From positions 1-22,072 of the forward strand of contig JBDHKN010000086.1 in assembly GCA_039586365.1 (NCBI GenBank): a stretch of DNA of 22,072 bases, written 5' to 3'. Positions 1 through 9,320 of the stretch are shown one piece after another. The first letter of the stretch is position 1. Each line of letters starts with the position of its first letter. This DNA comes from Gemmatimonadota bacterium. Lineage in GTDB: Bacteria > Gemmatimonadota > Gemmatimonadetes > Gemmatimonadales > GWC2-71-9. Below the pieces are notes generated by a model that saw nothing but the letters and a program-made list of their open reading frames with translations, was not told the origin of the DNA and searched no databases. The translations under genes and the position numbers were made by a program.

Positions 1-46
1 GTCGGTATCTTCGCGCCGATATTGGTTCTGTCTTGGAGGAGCGTAA

Positions 47-766
47 TTGTCTCACAGGGTAACGTTGCACCGACGCCGCTTTCGCTGGGTTCTCCCAATC
101 GTCCTTGGGTTGATTCACCAGGTGTCGTGCGGCCCGCGGAGTGACGACAGCGGCGAGCTGAGCGGTGCGATTGCGGATTCGGTCGCCGGCGCCCTGTTGA
201 CAGCGTACCTGCGGGCGAACTTCGCCGACCTACATGACGTGTCCATGCGGTTCCATCACATGGACCACACCATTGGCGGGATAATCGAGTTTGCGATGTC
301 GTGGGAGAACGGTATGTTGACGACGGTCGCTGTCGCGAACAACGAGACAGACAACGCCGACTTGGCGGCCGCTCTCATCGAGAAGTTCCGCACCTGGAGA
401 ATCGAGGGTCTGGACGGGCCGTTTCGGATCAACCTGCCGATCAACATCCGCCTGGTGGGAAGTGACGACCCCCTATTCGAGGAAAGAGCCATCCTCACGG
501 GAACCGTCACCGCTGTCAGTGGCGAGCCGTTGCACGGAGCCGAGGTGCAGTTCATAGCACTGAGGCCGGACGAGGAGCCGGTACCGGCGGCGAGAACGAA
601 TCGTGAAGGAGTGTTCGTGCGAACGCTGATCCCTCCGGGCGAGTGGAGTCTGCAATGCACTCATGACGGCTGGGCTCCGGCGATAATAGCCGGGGTCGCG
701 CTCACCGCGGGCCAGCACCACCGGGAGAGAATTGTGTTGGACCGGGCCGACCCCGCTGAGTGGTAA
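47..766 (+). CDS. Probable lipoprotein with TonB-C-terminal-like (AgmX/PglI-type) domain and C-terminal carboxypeptidase-regulatory-like domain
   Basis: GGAGGAG before the TTG start; Arg-rich N-terminus, hydrophobic stretch, then QVSC; C-terminal 'LTGTVTAVSGEPLHGAEV...ARTNREGVF...IPPGEWSLQCTHDGWAP' fits a carboxypeptidase-regulatory fold. Confidence 0.7.
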   Translation: MSHRVTLHRRRFRWVLPIVLGLIHQVSCGPRSDDSGELSGAIADSVAGALLTAYLRANFADLHDVSMRFHHMDHTIGGIIEFAMSWENGMLTTVAVANNETDNADLAAALIEKFRTWRIEGLDGPFRINLPINIRLVGSDDPLFEERAILTGTVTAVSGEPLHGAEVQFIALRPDEEPVPAARTNREGVFVRTLIPPGEWSLQCTHDGWAPAIIAGVALTAGQHHRERIVLDRADPAEW

Positions 767-913
767 CCGAGTCCCGGCGCTCGCTTCGCCTGGGAGCCTC
801 TGACGTTGACGGTGTGCACGCAAGCTGCCCCGTGTAAGAGGGAGGACGCTAGGTAGTTGTGGTCTCTGGCGCCATCAACAACTCCGATGTGGAGTTCAAC
901 GGAGGGACAATCG

Positions 914-2362
914 ATGCGTAGTAATCAATTGAGTACAGCGTGGCTGATTCCAGCTGTGGTGCTGGCCCTCGCCGTAGGTGCCGGCGCAGCAGCTCAGACG
1001 CAGGGGCCGGACCTGAGTCGGGAGTTGGAGGTTGCGCGTCAAGTTCTGGCGAGCTCGGAGCTGCGAGCTGCCTTGGCCTACGTCGACCGCGCAGAAGCAG
1101 AGACCGTTCGCGAGTGGTTGAGTCTGTGTAACACCTACGGGCCGTCAGGCGATGAGATCTACCGTTCGCGGCAGATCTACAAGCTGTTTCGCATCTACGG
1201 TCTGGAACAGGTGCGCATTGACGACCTGCGCAACGTGATAGGCGTCCGCAAGGGGGTCGGTGACGGGCCAACAGTGGTGCTGAACGCGCACCATGACAAC
1301 ACGGCACTCTGGCCCAAAGAACAGCCAATTGAGGCATTCGTGGCCGACGGCCGCGTCTGGTGCCCCGCGGCCGGTGATGACCTCGGGGGGGTGATTCAGC
1401 TGCTCACGGTGCTGCGGGCGATGAACGCAGCACACATCGAGACGGAGGGCGACATCTGGTTCGTCACGTTCACCGGCGAGGAACCGGCGCGTGAGCATGC
1501 CAGCCATGGCGCGGGTTTCTTTGCGAGATCGAACTACCCACACAACATCGACTGGCGCAACGGTGACATACTCGTGCAGCTGCACAACGGCGGCGGGGCG
1601 GGCGTCTCCACCGGAAGTACGCCCGTACGGCACCGGACTCAGCTCAGAGTGTTCGTCCCGTTCGACTGGCAGCGCTGGGGCCCCCACGCGATCGATGCGC
1701 TGGGCCCGATTCTCGAGCGCCTGACAGCGCTGCGCGATCCCCGTGTGGCAGGCCCTGGCACACAGCCGCGTGGCAGCGACGACCCGACACTGCTGTTCTT
1801 CAACATGCCCATCGTCGAAGCCAGTGAGATAATCAACTCACCCGCCAAGGAGGTGCGGATCCGCTTCGATCTGCGCTCACCTACCGAGCAGCGGATCTGG
1901 CAAGCGCACCGAGACATTCAACGTATCGCTGCAGAGGTGTGTGAAGAACTCGGTGAAGGCTACAGCTACGTCTACGAGATCACTAGCAAGAACGGAGTCG
2001 GGATTGACGTGGCTGAGCAAGCCCTGGAAGGATGGGATAAGGTGAACAACGCGCCCGCTCGAATGGCCGCTGCCGCGAGCAACGTGCTCTACGGGACCGA
2101 GCCCGTCATCGATCCGGACAACGGTTGCGGCGACTGCGTGCGCTCCTACTTGGAGGGCATGCCGGCGTTCTCCCTCAGAGGTAGTGTGCTCGATCTGGGA
2201 GGTGGGAGATTTGAGACGAGTGCGCGCAGCTCACTGCAGTCGGAGGTGCGCCGCATGTCCGTCGGTCATGACGTCACGGAGAGCGCCGAGATCCAGGGGA
2301 TTTGGGCTGGGGTGAAGCACGCCCTGCTGTTCGCCGTCTCATACACAGGGCTCAGGCAGTAG
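914..2362 (+). CDS. Exported M20/M25/M40-family metallo-hydrolase
   Basis: GGAGGG RBS before ATG 914; signal peptide ending AAAQ; motifs LNAHHD, AGDD, TGEE, late GH; 'IRFDLRS' dimerisation-domain motif. Confidence 0.85.
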   Translation: MRSNQLSTAWLIPAVVLALAVGAGAAAQTQGPDLSRELEVARQVLASSELRAALAYVDRAEAETVREWLSLCNTYGPSGDEIYRSRQIYKLFRIYGLEQVRIDDLRNVIGVRKGVGDGPTVVLNAHHDNTALWPKEQPIEAFVADGRVWCPAAGDDLGGVIQLLTVLRAMNAAHIETEGDIWFVTFTGEEPAREHASHGAGFFARSNYPHNIDWRNGDILVQLHNGGGAGVSTGSTPVRHRTQLRVFVPFDWQRWGPHAIDALGPILERLTALRDPRVAGPGTQPRGSDDPTLLFFNMPIVEASEIINSPAKEVRIRFDLRSPTEQRIWQAHRDIQRIAAEVCEELGEGYSYVYEITSKNGVGIDVAEQALEGWDKVNNAPARMAAAASNVLYGTEPVIDPDNGCGDCVRSYLEGMPAFSLRGSVLDLGGGRFETSARSSLQSEVRRMSVGHDVTESAEIQGIWAGVKHALLFAVSYTGLRQ

Positions 2363-2614
2363 GAACGCATTCGGCGATCGCTTGCGACCGTAGGAAACCG
2401 ACTTGACCTCCACCCCATCGTCCGGGTCGATCAATATGAGGTCGGCGCCGGTCGCGAATGCCAGGCACTCCCGGAAGAACTTGCTGCGTGAGCATCCACC
2501 AACGACCGTGCCGATCGATCCACCGTCGGTCAGACAGCGGAGCAGCCGTAGCTCCGCTGGGCGGTTGTATCGCCGAAGTACCGTGTTTCACTATCCGACT
2601 TCGGAGTCCAGCGA

Positions 2615-2980
2615 TCAACCTCGTCGGTCAAACACGATGACTTTGCCGGCAAGGTCTTTCCGATCCGACTTGATAAAACCGACCGTGTTGAAGATGATGG
2701 TCGACTTCTTTGATTCGGGCCCCAAGATCACTGCGTCCCCCCCGAGCGCTGCCGCCTCGGCAATCATCTTCTTGCGTATGTCGTCGAAGCTGTCGAACAC
2801 CGTTGAGCTCCCCGACTTGATGACGGCAATGACGGTGTAGGGTTGGTCCGGCTCCTCGAGCAGCACCGCGACCGAATCGGGGGAACCGGCCGGGCGCACA
2901 GCCTGATCCAATCGCTGCACGCTCGTATTGATGCAGCCGACGGCGAGGAGACAGACGAAGATTTGGAGCGATGGTCTCAT
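2615..2980 (-). CDS. Small lipoprotein, YbjQ/heavy-metal-binding-like fold
   Basis: MRPSLQIFVCLLAVGC lipobox; 'PYTVIAVI...KKMIAEAAALGGDAVI' pattern. Confidence 0.7.
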   Translation of the reverse strand: MRPSLQIFVCLLAVGCINTSVQRLDQAVRPAGSPDSVAVLLEEPDQPYTVIAVIKSGSSTVFDSFDDIRKKMIAEAAALGGDAVILGPESKKSTIIFNTVGFIKSDRKDLAGKVIVFDRRG

Positions 2981-3196
2981 GGCTTCCCCCGGGAAGAACC
3001 TATCGCAACTGGCGGGCTGAGCGAAGACGTCCGAGCGGGAGCGGCGGCCCGATCCCACAGCGGACCCCGTCGCACTATAGCTATGTAACATACATAATAT
3101 TCCAAGGTTACTTTGGGCGCAAGTAGCCGGGAGCGCAGCAACTTCAGCGCACCTGGAACCGCGGCAATCGCCTCCGGGCGGGGTGGCTTTGCGGCA

Positions 3197-3529
3197 CTAG
3201 AAGAGACACGATGTGTGAGGCGCGGAAGGAGCAGAGTAGGCCGTACCGCCGTGTGCTAGACCTGCAATCGAGCCGCGACGCCGCCCGGAACGGTTGAACA
3301 ACTCCGCGGCGAGTTCGGCATCCTCGACGGCAAACGGCAGTACCTCGCTGATCAGTCGCCCGGCAAGCTCAATCTCCTTCGCCCGCAACGGCCCGCAAAG
3401 AAACTCGGCCCAGGCAATCGCGCTCAGCGCAAGCGGGGTCCCATCCCGGAGCCACTGTCGCAACAGGCTGTCTTCCGGCGCACCTTTCACGAGCGCACGG
3501 ATCAAGAAACTCGTATCGAGTTGAATCAC
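3197..3529 (-). CDS. vapC: PIN-domain (VapC-type) toxin, C-terminus apparently truncated or replaced
   Basis: GTG start overlaps the antitoxin stop (GTGA); 'IQLDTSFLI' and 'SAIAWAEFLCG' PIN motifs; PIN-like sequence stops after RRRGSIA. Confidence 0.8.
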   Translation of the reverse strand: MIQLDTSFLIRALVKGAPEDSLLRQWLRDGTPLALSAIAWAEFLCGPLRAKEIELAGRLISEVLPFAVEDAELAAELFNRSGRRRGSIAGLAHGGTAYSAPSAPHTSCLF

Positions 3530-3810
3530 TGGCTGGTCGACTCGCGCCGGCTCGATGCAGCCCGCCGCGCGGCGCCGGTGCGGTGGACCCACTCAGCCGC
3601 CTTTGCGGAGGACAGGCCAGCTGAGCGCTGCAGCCGATCTAGCGTCTGGAGCGGACCACCCTCCTCCGCTCCAGCCTGTGCAGCTGCCGCTCGGATCGCA
3701 CGCCTGAGCGCCTCGGATTTGGAGACGCCCCATCGGCGAGCCATTTGCTCGAGGGCGCGGACGGTGTCGGAATCGAGTGCGTAGGTCGTCTTGATTTTGG
3801 GTATGGCCAT
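3526..3810 (-). CDS. Ribbon-helix-helix (CopG-type) antitoxin
   Basis: 'KTTYALDSDTVRALEQMARRWGVSKSEALRRAI' RHH signature; directly upstream of and coupled to the PIN gene. Confidence 0.85.
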   Translation of the reverse strand: MAIPKIKTTYALDSDTVRALEQMARRWGVSKSEALRRAIRAAAAQAGAEEGGPLQTLDRLQRSAGLSSAKAAEWVHRTGAARRAASSRRESTSQ

Positions 3811-3846
3811 ACAAGCATAATACGGCCGTAATGTCTCCTCGGTCAA
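3802..3846 (-). promoter_or_regulatory. Sigma70-type promoter of the TA operon with two related palindromic operators
   Basis: Minus strand TTGACC(3846-3841)-N18-TATTAT(3822-3817)-N6-ATG; palindromes TATGGCCATA (3802-3811) and TACGGCCGTA (3821-3830). Confidence 0.65.
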
Positions 3847-3947
3847 CGCTTCCTCCCTGCGGACAACGCTGCGGGCCGACCCGCAGCCGTCGGTAACCAG
3901 ACGGCCGCGAGCGGTACCAGAAGCTCGCAAGATCAGGAGTGCGTTCT

Positions 3948-5078
3948 CTAACTAACCGCCGTCGCGCAGCGGCGTGTGGGTACCTGGCATTGAACGCATC
4001 TGGTCACGCCCTCTAGGTACTCGCCACCACAGAGCTGGCAGTAAGAGGCGGCCTGAGGATCGGAACTCGAATGTGGGGCCACCAGGTCTGCCCACGAGAA
4101 ACCGCTCTCTGCCGCAAGTGCCTCGAGTGCGAGGGCTTCGATACTCAAGCGCCCCTTGTCGAGCACTTCATCACGCTCCTCGACAGCCGTCGGGTCCGCC
4201 ACCCCGTGTGCGGAGTAGCGCAGCAGTGCCAGCTCTCGCTGCACAAATCGCAGGAAACCCGCACGATCGAGTAGCAGTTGGGCGAAGGCTGCTGGGTGAA
4301 ACCCTGTTATGCTCGCGTTTAGCAGATTCTGTGGTGTCCGCAACAGCGCGGGAGGGAACAGTGCACACACGATCATCAGTTCGGCCAGGTCGGTCCATTC
4401 ACTCTTGTTGAGCTTCCGATGGGCACGATACAATGCCGCAAGGGTCACCAGATGGAGGGCTCCTAGTAGTGGCAGAGCGTAAAACAGGACCGGGTCTTCG
4501 AGCGTAAGCAGAATGAGACAAGGGGTCCCTACAAACAGGATGAGTGCATACGTGTCACAGCAAAGGCCGAGCAATCGAACCGCCGCGCGTGCGGCACGGT
4601 ATCGTTCCCGCAGCACTGAGCTTGTCAGGGAATCACGGATGGCACGTTCGACAGCGCGCTTCCTCTCGGGTGGGCTGGCTCGACCGACATCCGCCAAGAG
4701 GGAGAGGAGCTGATACCCGTGGGCCTGCGACACGGCACGAATGAAGGGTCTGGAACCAACTTTCACGACGCTGCCAGACAGGCACACATCTGTTAGCTCA
4801 GTGATGGGCACGGACCGAACCGTATTGGTGGAGGAGCGGAGGCCAGAGCGATACAGCGATGTCGTACACTCGACGGATCGATCGCTGATCACCAAGGGTA
4901 ACCGGGAGGCGACGACGCTCAGACCCGACGGCCAGAGGTTCATGAGTCGCAAGCCGCCTCCTGGAAACACGCGCACGCGCCCGAGCCCGCGCAGTCCCAT
5001 GAACACCACCGCATTGTGTGGCACGTACACGAGGCATTGCAGGACGTAGAAGAGCGCGGCGTAGGCTACCAGCTCCAC
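3948..5078 (-). CDS. Hypothetical membrane protein with C-terminal zinc-ribbon-like motif
   Basis: Long ORF with several hydrophobic segments; C-terminal CQLC-x10-CVQC; GTG start at 5078 inferred. Confidence 0.7.
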   Translation of the reverse strand: MELVAYAALFYVLQCLVYVPHNAVVFMGLRGLGRVRVFPGGGLRLMNLWPSGLSVVASRLPLVISDRSVECTTSLYRSGLRSSTNTVRSVPITELTDVCLSGSVVKVGSRPFIRAVSQAHGYQLLSLLADVGRASPPERKRAVERAIRDSLTSSVLRERYRAARAAVRLLGLCCDTYALILFVGTPCLILLTLEDPVLFYALPLLGALHLVTLAALYRAHRKLNKSEWTDLAELMIVCALFPPALLRTPQNLLNASITGFHPAAFAQLLLDRAGFLRFVQRELALLRYSAHGVADPTAVEERDEVLDKGRLSIEALALEALAAESGFSWADLVAPHSSSDPQAASYCQLCGGEYLEGVTRCVQCQVPTRRCATAVS

Positions 5079-5109
5079 GTGATGACTCGCGCCTTCTCGC
5101 AGCGGCGTA

Positions 5110-5973
5110 TCACACGGTGCGTTGCTCCTGCAACCCGCCGCCGCTGCCACCGCCGAACAGCCGCTTGCCGAATTTGCCGAGCCCGGCAGCCACGGCTGCG
5201 AGCCCGCCGACTATGAGCTTCCAGAGGCGAGCCAGTAGGCCAGACTTCACGAGTGCAGCTCCTGCACCACCGGCGATCAACGCGGTCAAGCCGATTTCGG
5301 CTATCCTATCGCTGCCCGGCTGGAATTCTGCATATGTGTTGCCGGCCCGAAACGAGTAGCCGGCAAGCAACTGGTCCACTTCCTTGGTCGCACGAGCCAA
5401 CTCGTCCACCGGGCTCACGAGGGTCGCGGTCATCACCCCCCTCCTGCCGAGCAGCTTCACTATGCGGTTCGTTCCCCGCTCGCCTTCACTCTCGATGATC
5501 GTGGACCAAGTCAAGTTGTGGGTCACCGGGTCGTAGTGCGGCGGTTCTTGCCATCCAACGATGCTCATGGATGCCCAGCCACGCCGCTGCCGCTCCTTGT
5601 TCGCCTCCGCGGTGCCTCGGCGGATCTGCCTCATAATCTCGTCCGCGTCGAGTGCGTGAGCTTCGCTGTCATCCACGTACCCCATCTCGTCCCACTCGAA
5701 CACCAGAAACCAGAAGGACTCCTCGGACGCGGACGTAACCGTTGCCTGCTCCATTCCGGTCAGAGGGTTCTCTGTCAACTCCATCAGCGCTTCAGTGCCG
5801 GCGCGGTCCAGGTACAAGTAACCTTCAGGCACCACGATCTGCGCCAGGTCGATTCCGATTGGCGCTTTCGCAGGGCCAGTCTGCCACATGGGCTGCTGGG
5901 CATGAGCGTTGGTTGTTCCTCCCCATATAAGGCCGAGGATGGCCGGACAGAGGATCGTGAGAGGGCGTGCCAT
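5110..5973 (-). CDS. DUF2167 domain membrane-anchored protein
   Basis: GGAGGA RBS; signal peptide; 'GYVDD', 'IVGWQEPPHYD...HNLTW', 'LLGRRGV', 'GNTYAEFQPGSDRIAEIGLTALIAGG' match recalled family motifs. Confidence 0.9.
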   Translation of the reverse strand: MARPLTILCPAILGLIWGGTTNAHAQQPMWQTGPAKAPIGIDLAQIVVPEGYLYLDRAGTEALMELTENPLTGMEQATVTSASEESFWFLVFEWDEMGYVDDSEAHALDADEIMRQIRRGTAEANKERQRRGWASMSIVGWQEPPHYDPVTHNLTWSTIIESEGERGTNRIVKLLGRRGVMTATLVSPVDELARATKEVDQLLAGYSFRAGNTYAEFQPGSDRIAEIGLTALIAGGAGAALVKSGLLARLWKLIVGGLAAVAAGLGKFGKRLFGGGSGGGLQEQRTV

Positions 5974-6344
5974 TGTATCCTCCAAGCTCGGGATGGTCGC
6001 CAATGCGCCGAGTCCTGCGTGAGTATCGGCCGGATAGCGCCGCGAGACGTGCCGAGGTGACTGTCGGACGATGTCGGCTCGAGTCTATCCTGGTGATCTC
6101 ATCCAGAATTTGGCGGGCACAGGAGGCTGAAAAAATGCGATAGCTCACATTTCACAACCGATGTTGGCGCCGAACTCGGTGGGTCTCAACAAGCAGGTTC
6201 GTCAGCAGCAATCTTGCGAGCCGGGTGGCGCCCAGCACATTGACGGTATCCCTGGATCGTCCGGTGGTCTTGAAGCAGGCCGCGAAGCGCGCTGCGCTAC
6301 CTGGTGCATGCCGCGGAGCGAGGCCGCCAGGCTAGAGAGGAGTC

Positions 6345-7391
6345 ATGGTCATGTCTGTCCGCCTGTTCATTCCCCCGAGCTACAAGCCGCTGCTCAACCC
6401 ACGCGACACCGAACGTGCTATCCGAGCCATCAAAGAATTCTTTCAGACCAACCTGGCATTCGAGCTGAATCTCACGCGGGTGACAGCGCCGCTGTTCGTT
6501 AAGGGCGGGAGTGGAATCAACGACGACTTGAATGGCGTGGAACAGCCAGCATGGTTCACCGCCGAGGGCGTTGGCGGCGCGCGGTTGGAAATGGTGCAGT
6601 CACTGGCGAAGTGGAAGCGGCTGACACTGGCCGACCTGGATTTCAAGCCGGGCGAGGGTCTCTACACTGACATGAACGCGATCCGCCCCAGCGAGGTGCT
6701 GGACAACAGCCACTCGCTCTATGTCGATCAATGGGATTGGGAGCGGGTGATCACACGTGAAGAGCGAGGCGTCGGTTTCTTGCAGTGGATCGTCCGCAGC
6801 ATCTACGACGTTATCCGGCGCGCCGAGCGCTACGTGTGCTTTGAATACTCATGCATCGAGCCGGTCCTGCCGCAGGAGATCGTATTTCTCCATGCGGAGG
6901 ACCTGCAACAGCAGTATCCCGAGCTGACCCCGACGCAGCGCGAGACGGAGGCGTGCCGCGAGCACGGCGCGGTCTTCATACGAGGGATCGGGGCCCCGCT
7001 GGCCGATGGGGCACCGCACGATGGCCGAGCCCCCGACTACGACGACTGGGTTTCAATCGGCGACGACCAGCGCCAAGGACTCAACGGCGATATCATCGTA
7101 TACAACCCGGTATTGGATTCAGCCTTCGAGCTGTCAAGCATGGGCATTCGCGTGGATGCCGAATCCCTGTTGCAGCAGTTGGCCATCCGCGGCTGCGAGC
7201 AATGGAGAGAGCTGTACTTCCACACTCGCCTGCGAGCGGGTGAGTTGCCCCTCTCAATAGGCGGTGGGATCGGGCAGTCGCGGCTGTGTATGTTGTATCT
7301 TCGCAAGGCGCACATTGGTGAGATTCAGGCGAGCGTGTGGCCGGATGACATGTCGCAGCAATGCCGCCAAAACAACATCTTCCTGTTATGA
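6345..7391 (+). CDS. asnA: Aspartate--ammonia ligase (asparagine synthetase A)
   Basis: 'VQSLAKWKR', 'GLYTDMNAIR', 'HSLYVDQWDWE', 'HDGRAPDYDDW', 'ELSSMGIRV', 'SIGGGIGQSRLCM', 'HIGEIQASVW'; start at 6345 or 6351. Confidence 0.97.
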   Translation: MVMSVRLFIPPSYKPLLNPRDTERAIRAIKEFFQTNLAFELNLTRVTAPLFVKGGSGINDDLNGVEQPAWFTAEGVGGARLEMVQSLAKWKRLTLADLDFKPGEGLYTDMNAIRPSEVLDNSHSLYVDQWDWERVITREERGVGFLQWIVRSIYDVIRRAERYVCFEYSCIEPVLPQEIVFLHAEDLQQQYPELTPTQRETEACREHGAVFIRGIGAPLADGAPHDGRAPDYDDWVSIGDDQRQGLNGDIIVYNPVLDSAFELSSMGIRVDAESLLQQLAIRGCEQWRELYFHTRLRAGELPLSIGGGIGQSRLCMLYLRKAHIGEIQASVWPDDMSQQCRQNNIFLL

Positions 7392-7590
7392 GCAGGGCAC
7401 CCCATTTGTAGCCGGTCTGGTCGCTTCCCGCCCATTGATTCGACCGCTGCCCGAGGCCACCTCGTAGCCAGCCTCACCGAGTACCCTGGAGGCGTGGACC
7501 GGGTCCGCTGGCCGCTTCCTCACGGGTCTGCGCATTTCCCCTTGCTTTCAACCAGCGCACGCTGCTGTAACGGCTCGTGCGGTGACGGCA

Positions 7591-7830
7591 CTACGCGTCA
7601 GGATCGGCTCTGTGGTCGCCTGGCACGTCTGCGATGAAAGCCGTGCGACGGCAGCGCTGGCATTCGAGATGCCAGACTGCATCCCCGCCCTTGGTGACCG
7701 GGTGCCTAATCTCGAGTTCGCGCCTGCAACGGGGGCAGATGGGCGGTTTCGTCCAATCGGCCAGCATGTGTCGGATCGCCCAGATTTCTTCGCGGGAGAA
7801 TGTGACGGGAGTTTCGGAATGCTCTGACAT
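7591..7830 (-). CDS. Small hypothetical protein with CxxC...CxxC zinc-ribbon motif
   Basis: ICPRC...LECQRC in a 79-aa ORF. Confidence 0.65.
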   Translation of the reverse strand: MSEHSETPVTFSREEIWAIRHMLADWTKPPICPRCRRELEIRHPVTKGGDAVWHLECQRCRRTAFIADVPGDHRADPDA

Positions 7831-7961
7831 GGTACACCCCACGGCCTACGCTATCCGAAAGCTGCGATGCGGTACCCGTGGTCACAATAGGCGGTTGCTT
7901 CCGTACGGGCAGGGGCCCTACGTTTCGCTGAGAAGTACACCAACGGTGAGGACTTCACCGC

Positions 7962-8282
7962 ATGGGCGGCTACGCCCCGCTTCACACCGCGGCCCCGGGG
8001 GGTGCGACACTCTCTACGCACCCGGCCTACAATCAGTGGGCCGACCACTACAACCGTTGTCCGATATGCAACGAGCATGACTGGTACATACCGGGAGCGC
8101 CGCGGATGCGCACCGATCCACCTGCCAAACGCGAGTCCGCCCATTGGTATGAGCGAGTGATCAACGGAGAACTCTACTGGTTCCGGAACGTGCCGGACCT
8201 GTCGGTGCTCTGCGTCATTGGCCGACGGCTGTTCCGCCAGTGGGAGCAGGCGGTGTTACTGACCGTCGAAGCCGCACGGTGA
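7962..8282 (+). CDS. Hypothetical protein (H-x3-CxxC...C motif)
   Basis: GAGGA upstream; protein-like composition; HYNRCPIC and LCVIG. Confidence 0.55.
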   Translation: MGGYAPLHTAAPGGATLSTHPAYNQWADHYNRCPICNEHDWYIPGAPRMRTDPPAKRESAHWYERVINGELYWFRNVPDLSVLCVIGRRLFRQWEQAVLLTVEAAR

Positions 8283-8323
8283 AGGTCGCAATGCGATGAT
8301 ATCGGATCACAAGGAGTGCATAG

Positions 8324-8611
8324 ATGAAGGATGAAAGGCAGATGATCGACATCCTTCGAGCTCGTGGTGGCTTGATCGTGGATGGATCGAAGCGGCGACC
8401 TGAAGAGCTTCTCGACCTGGCTAGGGCGGCCGCGAGTTCTCGAGTGACGCTCGTGCTCCGGAACATGGAGGATCGAACGCAGGAGCAACTGCTCGCGATC
8501 GCGAGAGCTGGCAAGGGAAGAGTGCTCTTGGAGCTAGATAGCGTCTGGGAGCAACGGAGGCACTATACCGGACCCCACGAAAGCTCACGCACCGGCGCCG
8601 GACTCACCTAG
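8324..8611 (+). CDS. Small hypothetical protein with an internal ~24-aa repeat
   Basis: AAGGAG RBS; repeated helical units RPEELLDLARAA / RTQEQLLAIARAG. Confidence 0.65.
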   Translation: MKDERQMIDILRARGGLIVDGSKRRPEELLDLARAAASSRVTLVLRNMEDRTQEQLLAIARAGKGRVLLELDSVWEQRRHYTGPHESSRTGAGLT

Positions 8612-8688
8612 TGAAGGATGGGGTGGGTTCGTCTGGTCGCTGTGGTACGGCGCTGGTGAAGACCACGGCCGTGCTTGTCGTCCGGTGT

Positions 8689-9093
8689 CTACATAACGGC
8701 ACGCTCCGCATCTCTCGCCTCGGGCTTCGCAACAAAGCGGAAGTAGCCAAATCCGATCGCGAGAAGGAGGTAGATCGCAACGGTGGACCAGCCGAGGGCA
8801 TTCATGACACCGCCGAGCTGGCCAATCAACGCGACGACGAAGCCGACGCTGTCACCGACGAAGAGGGCGAGTAGGATAGCTCGTCGAGCTTCGGAATCAG
8901 GCGCGTTCCTGGCGAACCACGTGAGGGCAGCAAATGCCAGTAGTGCTGCTCCGAACAACTGACCCACGTACTCGAGAGGTGCACTGACTTCAGGGCCATA
9001 GAGCGATGTGACCTGGCCGGGGAAAAGGACGAATCCGAGGCCAAAGACGACCGCGATAATTGCATTGACGATCAAGAATGCGTTGAGCTTCAT
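8689..9093 (-). CDS. Small four-helix membrane protein
   Basis: GAGGAGG RBS; four hydrophobic segments. Confidence 0.85.
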   Translation of the reverse strand: MKLNAFLIVNAIIAVVFGLGFVLFPGQVTSLYGPEVSAPLEYVGQLFGAALLAFAALTWFARNAPDSEARRAILLALFVGDSVGFVVALIGQLGGVMNALGWSTVAIYLLLAIGFGYFRFVAKPEARDAERAVM

Positions 9094-9147
9094 GGGACGC
9101 CTCCTCGCGAATGGCAGGGCAGATGTCAGGTTCCGGTCGGCGAGCCG

Positions 9148-9279
9148 GGCGGTCTCGTCGTCGGGTGGGCGTCCTACTGAGGCGTCTACTGCGGCGTCCA
9201 GTTATGGCGTCTACTCAGGCGGCGGGGCGCAACAGGCCACCGGCGTGCTGTCTCCATAGCACGGTGGCCGTGAGGGCGA
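9148..9279 (-). repeat. Conserved leader element copy 1 (hairpin plus 4 GACGCC units)
   Basis: Plus-strand GGCGTC at 9168, 9181, 9193, 9206; homologous to 10667-10819 and 12135-12276. Confidence 0.9.
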
Positions 9280-9320
9280 TCACTAGTATGAACTGCGGTA
9301 CCAAGCTTGGCTAGGTGATG

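Noticed and set aside
2352..2618. 88-aa minus ORF and an alternative-frame 'GADLILIDPD' amidohydrolase-like snippet
   Set aside because: Composition is not protein-like and the motif is too short to support a gene or remnant
3078..3104. AT-rich patch with TATGT-A-ACATA palindrome
   Set aside because: Probably part of the promoter for the 2980 gene, but no well-spaced -35/-10 pair was found and there is only one instance
9282..9308. SpeI, KpnI and HindIII sites clustered like a polylinker
   Set aside because: Only three hexamers with no vector sequence nearby; likely chance
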